Positions 59,492 to 64,000 of a stretch of 64,000 nucleotides of DNA are shown here, piece after piece. The notes beneath the pieces were generated by a model. The model made no database searches and was not told the DNA's origin. It was given only the letters and a program-made list of their open reading frames with translations. Source of the stretch: Candidatus Eiseniibacteriota bacterium (GTDB lineage Bacteria; Eisenbacteria; RBG-16-71-46; CAZAMP01). Every line of letters begins with the position of its first letter. Positions within the stretch are counted from its first letter, which is position 1. Both the position numbers and the translations under genes were made by a program. The DNA lies in contig OZ245046.1 in the NCBI GenBank assembly GCA_965224245.1, forward strand, positions 3,392,001 through 3,456,000, in the 5' to 3' direction.

Positions 59492-62400
59492 TCACGCGTC
59501 GGCGGGGCCGCCCGGGGCAGCCACCTCGGCCCGTCGCAGCCTCGCGACCAGCCGGGAGACGTGCTGTGGCGACCGTGTCCGTCGGGCCAGGACGGCGTAC
59601 ACCGCCGGCACCGAGAACACCGTCAGGGCCGCCGAGATCGCCACGCCGAACACGACCACGATCCCGATCGGCTGTCGCGACTCCGCCCCCGCCCCGGTGG
59701 CCAGCAGGAGCGGGAGCGCCCCGAACGTCGTGCACGCGCTCGTCATCAGGATCGGGCGGAGCCGCACCGACGCGGCATCCGCGATCGCGTCCTCGAACGG
59801 CAGTCCGCGATCGCGGAGCTGGTTCGCGAACTCCACGATCAGGACCCCGTTCTTGGCCGCGAGCCCGATCAGCAGGATGGCGCCGATCTGGGTGAAGACG
59901 TTCACGGTGGCGCCGAGGATCCAGAGCCCCGCGAGCGCCCCCGTCAGCGCCAGGGGCACCGTGACCAGGATGACCACGGGGTGTACGAAGCTCTCGAACT
60001 GTGCCGCCAGCACCAGGAACACGATCACCAGCGCCAGCCCGAACGTGAAGTAGAGGTTGCTGCCGGAGCTCCGGAACTCGCGGGCCTCCCCGTCCCAGTC
60101 GATGCGGGCGCTGGCGGGCAGCACCTCGTGTGCGCGCGCCCCCAGCCGATCGACGGCCGTCCCCAGGCTCACGCCCTCGCCGAGAGCGGCCTCCACCTTG
60201 ATCGCGCGCATGCGATCGAAGCGCCCGAGCTGATCGGGCCCGGCCCGCTCGTCGAGCGTCACCAGGTTGGCCAGCGGCACGAGCTCCCCTGCCGACGAGC
60301 GGACGTACAGGTTCGTGAGGTCGTCCGGGCTCTGGCGATCCTGGCTCTCGCCCTGGAGGATCACGTCGTACTCGCGACCGCGATCCACGTACGTCGTGAC
60401 CGTCCGCGAGCCGAGCATCGTCTCCAGCGTCCGGCCGACGGTCCCCAGCGAGACCCCGAGCGCGGCCGCGCGGTCGCGATCGACACGCACCTGCATCTGC
60501 GGCTTCCGCTCCTGGTAGTCGCTGTCGACGTTCACGAGCTCGGGCATCTCCTCCATCGCGGCCACGAGGAGATCGCGCCACTCGGCGAGCTGGGCGTAGT
60601 CGGGGCCCCCGAGCACGAGCTCCACCGGACGTCCGTCACCACGGATTCCCAGGCTCTGGGGCGTCACCACGTTGGCACGAACGCCGGGCAGCTCGCCGAG
60701 CTTCCGCCGGATCCTCCCCGCGATCTCCTCGGCGCTCTCGCGGCGCTCGCCCCAGGGCTTCAGGATGACGATGCAGCGGGCGGTGTTGACCGCCCCGGTA
60801 GAGCCGAAGCTGGCCGGCACGCGCACGAGCGTGCGCAGGACCGGCCCGTCGGGCCCCGCCTCCTCCATGACGATGTCTTCCATCCGGCGGGCGTAGCGAT
60901 CGGTGTACTCGAAGCTCGCGCCCTCCGGCCCGCGAATCGACATGAAGAAGACGCCGCGGTCCTCCTTCGGCGCGTACTCGGACGGCAGGAGGCGTACGCC
61001 CACGACGGCCAGCCCCGTCATCACCAGGCTTCCGGCGAGCACCCACCCCGGCCGCCGCACGACGCGCGCGACCGCCGCCCGATAGCGGCCGGTCAGCCAC
61101 CGGAAGAACCGGTCGATACGCAGCGTCAGGCCCGCGGGACGCTCGTGCCCCTCGAAGAGCCGCGAGCACATCATCGGCGAGAGCGTCAGCGCGACGAGGC
61201 TCGAGAACATGACCGCGGCCGCCAGCGACAGCCCGAACTCGTTGAAGAGGCGTCCCACGTCTCCCTTGATGAACGAGATCGGCACGAACACGGCGATGAG
61301 AACCGCCGTCGTCGCGATGACGGCGAAGCCGATCTCCTGGGACCCCTCGAGCGCGGCCAGGAGCGGTGGCCGGCCGTCCTCGATCCGGCGGTAGATGTTC
61401 TCGAGGACCACGATCGCATCGTCGACGACGAGCCCGATCGCCAGCACGAGCCCCAGGAGCGTGAGCGTGTTCACGGTGTATCCGAGGGCCGCCATGACGA
61501 TGAACGTCGCCACCACCGAGACCGGCACCACCACGGCCGGGACGAGCGTCGCGCGGACGTTTCCCAGGAACAGCCAGATCACCACGAGCACGAGGAAGAT
61601 CGAGAACGCGAGCGCCTTGTAGACCTCGATCATCGACGCCTCGATGAACTCGGCGCGATCGTAGTTCAGCTCCAGGCGCATATCCTCGGGCAGATCGGCG
61701 TTGACCCGCGCCATCTCCTCCCGGACGCCGTGCGACACGTCCACCGTGTTCGCGGTCGAGAGCTGCTCGATGGCCAGCGACACCGCCGGGATGCCGTTCG
61801 CGCGGGCCAGGTTGCGCTCGTTCTCGGCACCCAGGCGCACGTCGGCGACCGCGGCCAGCCGCACGAGCTGACCGTCGGCCCCCCGTCCCACCACCAGCCG
61901 GCGGAAGTCCTCGGGAGACGAGAACCCGGTGTCGGTCCGGAGCGTGAACTCGCGCTCGCGGGACTCGAGACGGCCCGCCGGAAGCTCGACGTTCTCGGCC
62001 CGGAGCGCCGACTCGACGTCCCCGACGGTGAGGCCGTGCGCGGCCAGGAGCTCGCGATCGAGCCAGATGCGCATGGCGTATTGCCGCGCCCCCGAGATGC
62101 GCACGCGTGCCACGCCGGGCACGCTGGAGAAGCGATCGGTCAGGAAGCGCTCGGCATGGTCGGTGATCTCGAGCCCGGACATCACGTCGGACGTGAGATT
62201 GAGGTACATCACCGCCCGCGTGTCGTTGTCCACCTTGGCGATCTGGGGCGGATCGGCCTCGGGTGGGAGCTGATCGAGCACCCGCGAGACGCGATCGCGG
62301 ATGTCGTTCGCGGCCTCGTCGACGTCGCGCGAGAGGCTGAACTCGATGCGGATCTCCGACTGCTCGTCGCTCGACGAGGACGTGAGCTTCTCGATGCCCT

Positions 62401-62623
62401 CCAGGCCGGCGATCCGGTCCTCGATCACCTGCGTGACCTTCGTCTCGACCACCTCCGCGGACGCGCCGCGGTAGCTCGTCTCGATCGAGACGACCGGTGG
62501 ATCGATGTCCGGGTACTGCCGAACCGGCAGCCCCACGAGAGCCGCCAGCCCGAGGATCACCAGGAGAAGCGAGATCACGGTGGCGAAGACCGGTCGGCGG
62601 ACGGACAGATCGGAGAGGATCAT
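59492..62623 (-). CDS. RND efflux transporter permease (AcrB/AcrD/AcrF family)
   Basis: RRPVFA, GLVVDDAIVVLENI, AKNGVLIVEFA, RLRPILMT; 1043 aa. Confidence 0.95.
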   Translation of the reverse strand: MILSDLSVRRPVFATVISLLLVILGLAALVGLPVRQYPDIDPPVVSIETSYRGASAEVVETKVTQVIEDRIAGLEGIEKLTSSSSDEQSEIRIEFSLSRDVDEAANDIRDRVSRVLDQLPPEADPPQIAKVDNDTRAVMYLNLTSDVMSGLEITDHAERFLTDRFSSVPGVARVRISGARQYAMRIWLDRELLAAHGLTVGDVESALRAENVELPAGRLESREREFTLRTDTGFSSPEDFRRLVVGRGADGQLVRLAAVADVRLGAENERNLARANGIPAVSLAIEQLSTANTVDVSHGVREEMARVNADLPEDMRLELNYDRAEFIEASMIEVYKALAFSIFLVLVVIWLFLGNVRATLVPAVVVPVSVVATFIVMAALGYTVNTLTLLGLVLAIGLVVDDAIVVLENIYRRIEDGRPPLLAALEGSQEIGFAVIATTAVLIAVFVPISFIKGDVGRLFNEFGLSLAAAVMFSSLVALTLSPMMCSRLFEGHERPAGLTLRIDRFFRWLTGRYRAAVARVVRRPGWVLAGSLVMTGLAVVGVRLLPSEYAPKEDRGVFFMSIRGPEGASFEYTDRYARRMEDIVMEEAGPDGPVLRTLVRVPASFGSTGAVNTARCIVILKPWGERRESAEEIAGRIRRKLGELPGVRANVVTPQSLGIRGDGRPVELVLGGPDYAQLAEWRDLLVAAMEEMPELVNVDSDYQERKPQMQVRVDRDRAAALGVSLGTVGRTLETMLGSRTVTTYVDRGREYDVILQGESQDRQSPDDLTNLYVRSSAGELVPLANLVTLDERAGPDQLGRFDRMRAIKVEAALGEGVSLGTAVDRLGARAHEVLPASARIDWDGEAREFRSSGSNLYFTFGLALVIVFLVLAAQFESFVHPVVILVTVPLALTGALAGLWILGATVNVFTQIGAILLIGLAAKNGVLIVEFANQLRDRGLPFEDAIADAASVRLRPILMTSACTTFGALPLLLATGAGAESRQPIGIVVVFGVAISAALTVFSVPAVYAVLARRTRSPQHVSRLVARLRRAEVAAPGGPADA

Positions 62624-63669
62624 CCGCCGGTCCCGGCGTCCCCGAGCACGCGCACGACCATGCCCGGGCGGACCTTCTGCGTGCCCTCGATCACGACGCG
62701 CTCATCGGCCCCCAGCCCGTGCACGATCTCGACCTGGCCCACGCGCCGCCGACCGACCCGGACCTCGCGCTTCTCGACCGCGTTGCCCTGGCCGACGACG
62801 AACACGAACTGCCGGCTCTGCTCGGGCACCAGTGCCTGCTCGGGTACCACGAGGACCTCGGCGTCCTCCCCACGCACGCGGACGCTCAGGAACATGCCCG
62901 GGCGCAACAGGCCCTTCGGGTTCGGCATCCGGGCGCGAACGGCGACCGTCCGGCTGACGCGATCCACGCGCGTGTCCACGGTCTCGACCCGTCCCGCGAA
63001 GACCGTGTCCGGCCAGGCGGCGCTCGTGGCCTCGATCGGGAGCCCGGGAGCGAGCCGTGACAGCGCCGTCTCGGGCACGTCGAAGTCGACGTTCATCGTC
63101 TCGGTGTCGTCGAGCGTCGTGATCACGACCGAGGGACCGACGAGGCTCCCCAGGCTGACCCGGCGGAGCCCCACCCGCCCCGCGAAGGGCGCGCGCACCA
63201 CCGTCTCGGCCAGTCTCGCCTCGGCCGCGTCCAGGGCGGCCCGGTCCGCGTCGCGCCGGGCGGCCAGCGGCTCGAGCTCCGCCTCGGACACGAGCTCGGA
63301 GCGGAAGAGCTCCTGTGCCCGCGCGTACTTGCTCTCGGAGTCGACCAGCGCGGCCTTCGCGGCGGCCACCGCGGCCAGCGCCTGAGCATCCTCCAGCTCC
63401 ACGAGGATCTGCCCGGCATCCACGCGGGCCCCCTCGGTGAAGTGAATGGCGGTGAGGGTCTCGGTGATCTGAGGTCGGATCTCGACCGACTCGTTCGCCC
63501 GCGCGGTGCCGAGCCCCTCGACGACGCTCGGAAACGGCACGAGGCGCGCATCGGCGACGACCACGCGCGGCCCGTCCTGCGCGGAGGTGGGGTCCGCCGA
63601 GAGCGCCCACGCGAGCGCCGGAGCGAGGCACCGGCATGCAAGACGGTGGTATCGAAGCGGCAATCGCAC
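62620..63669 (-). CDS. RND efflux periplasmic adaptor (membrane fusion protein)
   Basis: VRAPFAGRVG, LLRPGMF, VPEQAL, VRVGRR; GAGGAGG RBS; ATGA overlap with the permease. Confidence 0.92.
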   Translation of the reverse strand: MRLPLRYHRLACRCLAPALAWALSADPTSAQDGPRVVVADARLVPFPSVVEGLGTARANESVEIRPQITETLTAIHFTEGARVDAGQILVELEDAQALAAVAAAKAALVDSESKYARAQELFRSELVSEAELEPLAARRDADRAALDAAEARLAETVVRAPFAGRVGLRRVSLGSLVGPSVVITTLDDTETMNVDFDVPETALSRLAPGLPIEATSAAWPDTVFAGRVETVDTRVDRVSRTVAVRARMPNPKGLLRPGMFLSVRVRGEDAEVLVVPEQALVPEQSRQFVFVVGQGNAVEKREVRVGRRRVGQVEIVHGLGADERVVIEGTQKVRPGMVVRVLGDAGTGG

Positions 63670-63897
63670 GCGGCTCGTCCCTCCTCGAGAGTCGTCTCGG
63701 CGCACGCCGACCGGCGCGCGGGGATGATCGGCATGACCGTCACGGCTCGGGAGACGCGAGCGCCGCCACGAGTGCGCGTACCGGTGACTCCTCGGTACCC
63801 CCCGACGCACGATTCGTTCCCGGAGAAACGCCGGACCGGGAGTGTAGGACGTCCCGCCGGCAGGTGCATCGCGTTTCGACCGCCCGCCGCGGCGGCG

Positions 63898-64000
63898 CTA
63901 GGGGATGCGTGCGCCGATCACGGGCACCATCCACACGGCATAGGCTCGGGGGTCGCGGACGCTCGCGATCATGCCGTCGAAGTACGCGATCGCCTGCTCG
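63898..64000 (-). CDS. 3' end of an unidentified CDS cut by the window edge
   Basis: ...EQAIAYFDGMIASVRDPRAYAVWMVPVIGARIP-stop, with GC3-biased codons. Confidence 0.5.
   Translation of the reverse strand, partial: EQAIAYFDGMIASVRDPRAYAVWMVPVIGARIP

Noticed and set aside
59561..63385. Very long alternative-frame ORFs (e.g. 59561-63385 +, 53703-56993 -, 7402-9453 +, 39439-41835 +)
   Set aside because: They shadow well-supported genes on the other strand or frame, are Arg/Pro/Gly-rich without motifs, and are expected from stop-codon scarcity at high GC.

Overview
High-GC (visually about 70%) bacterial chromosomal window of about 55 genes. I recognised no rRNA, tRNA, CRISPR array, transposase, integrase or phage genes. 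Six secreted proteins end in a FlgD-Ig/T9SS-like C-terminal domain, one ends in an SWGxxKxxY tail, and there are dockerin-like and PEP-CTERM proteins. This mix suggests an uncultured FCB-related lineage such as Eisenbacteria, Krumholzibacteriota or Latescibacterota (inference only). Recognisable modules are ALDH7-yhbY, an NYN nuclease, ECF sigma/anti-sigma/DUF4252, eukaryote-type citrate synthase, pdxR-pdxS-pdxT, a sigma54-like GT2-TPR glycosyltransferase, carD, wzz plus O-antigen ligase, a cNMP-kinase with a receiver-TrxR fusion, a five-gene furan/methylated fatty-acid cluster and an RND pump. Most notable observations: (i) several surface-sorting tails coexist, including a short SWGxxKxxY tail; (ii) a 28-bp palindromic element recurs upstream of secreted-protein genes 23 kb apart; (iii) a four-hairpin leader precedes the NYN RNase gene, which faces an unannotated 54-aa ORF; (iv) a Tat-exported deiminase-like enzyme is coupled to a CTD-bearing partner; (v) CarH/LitR-like boxes precede the fatty-acid cluster. 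Product calls come from motif recognition by eye, not database searches.
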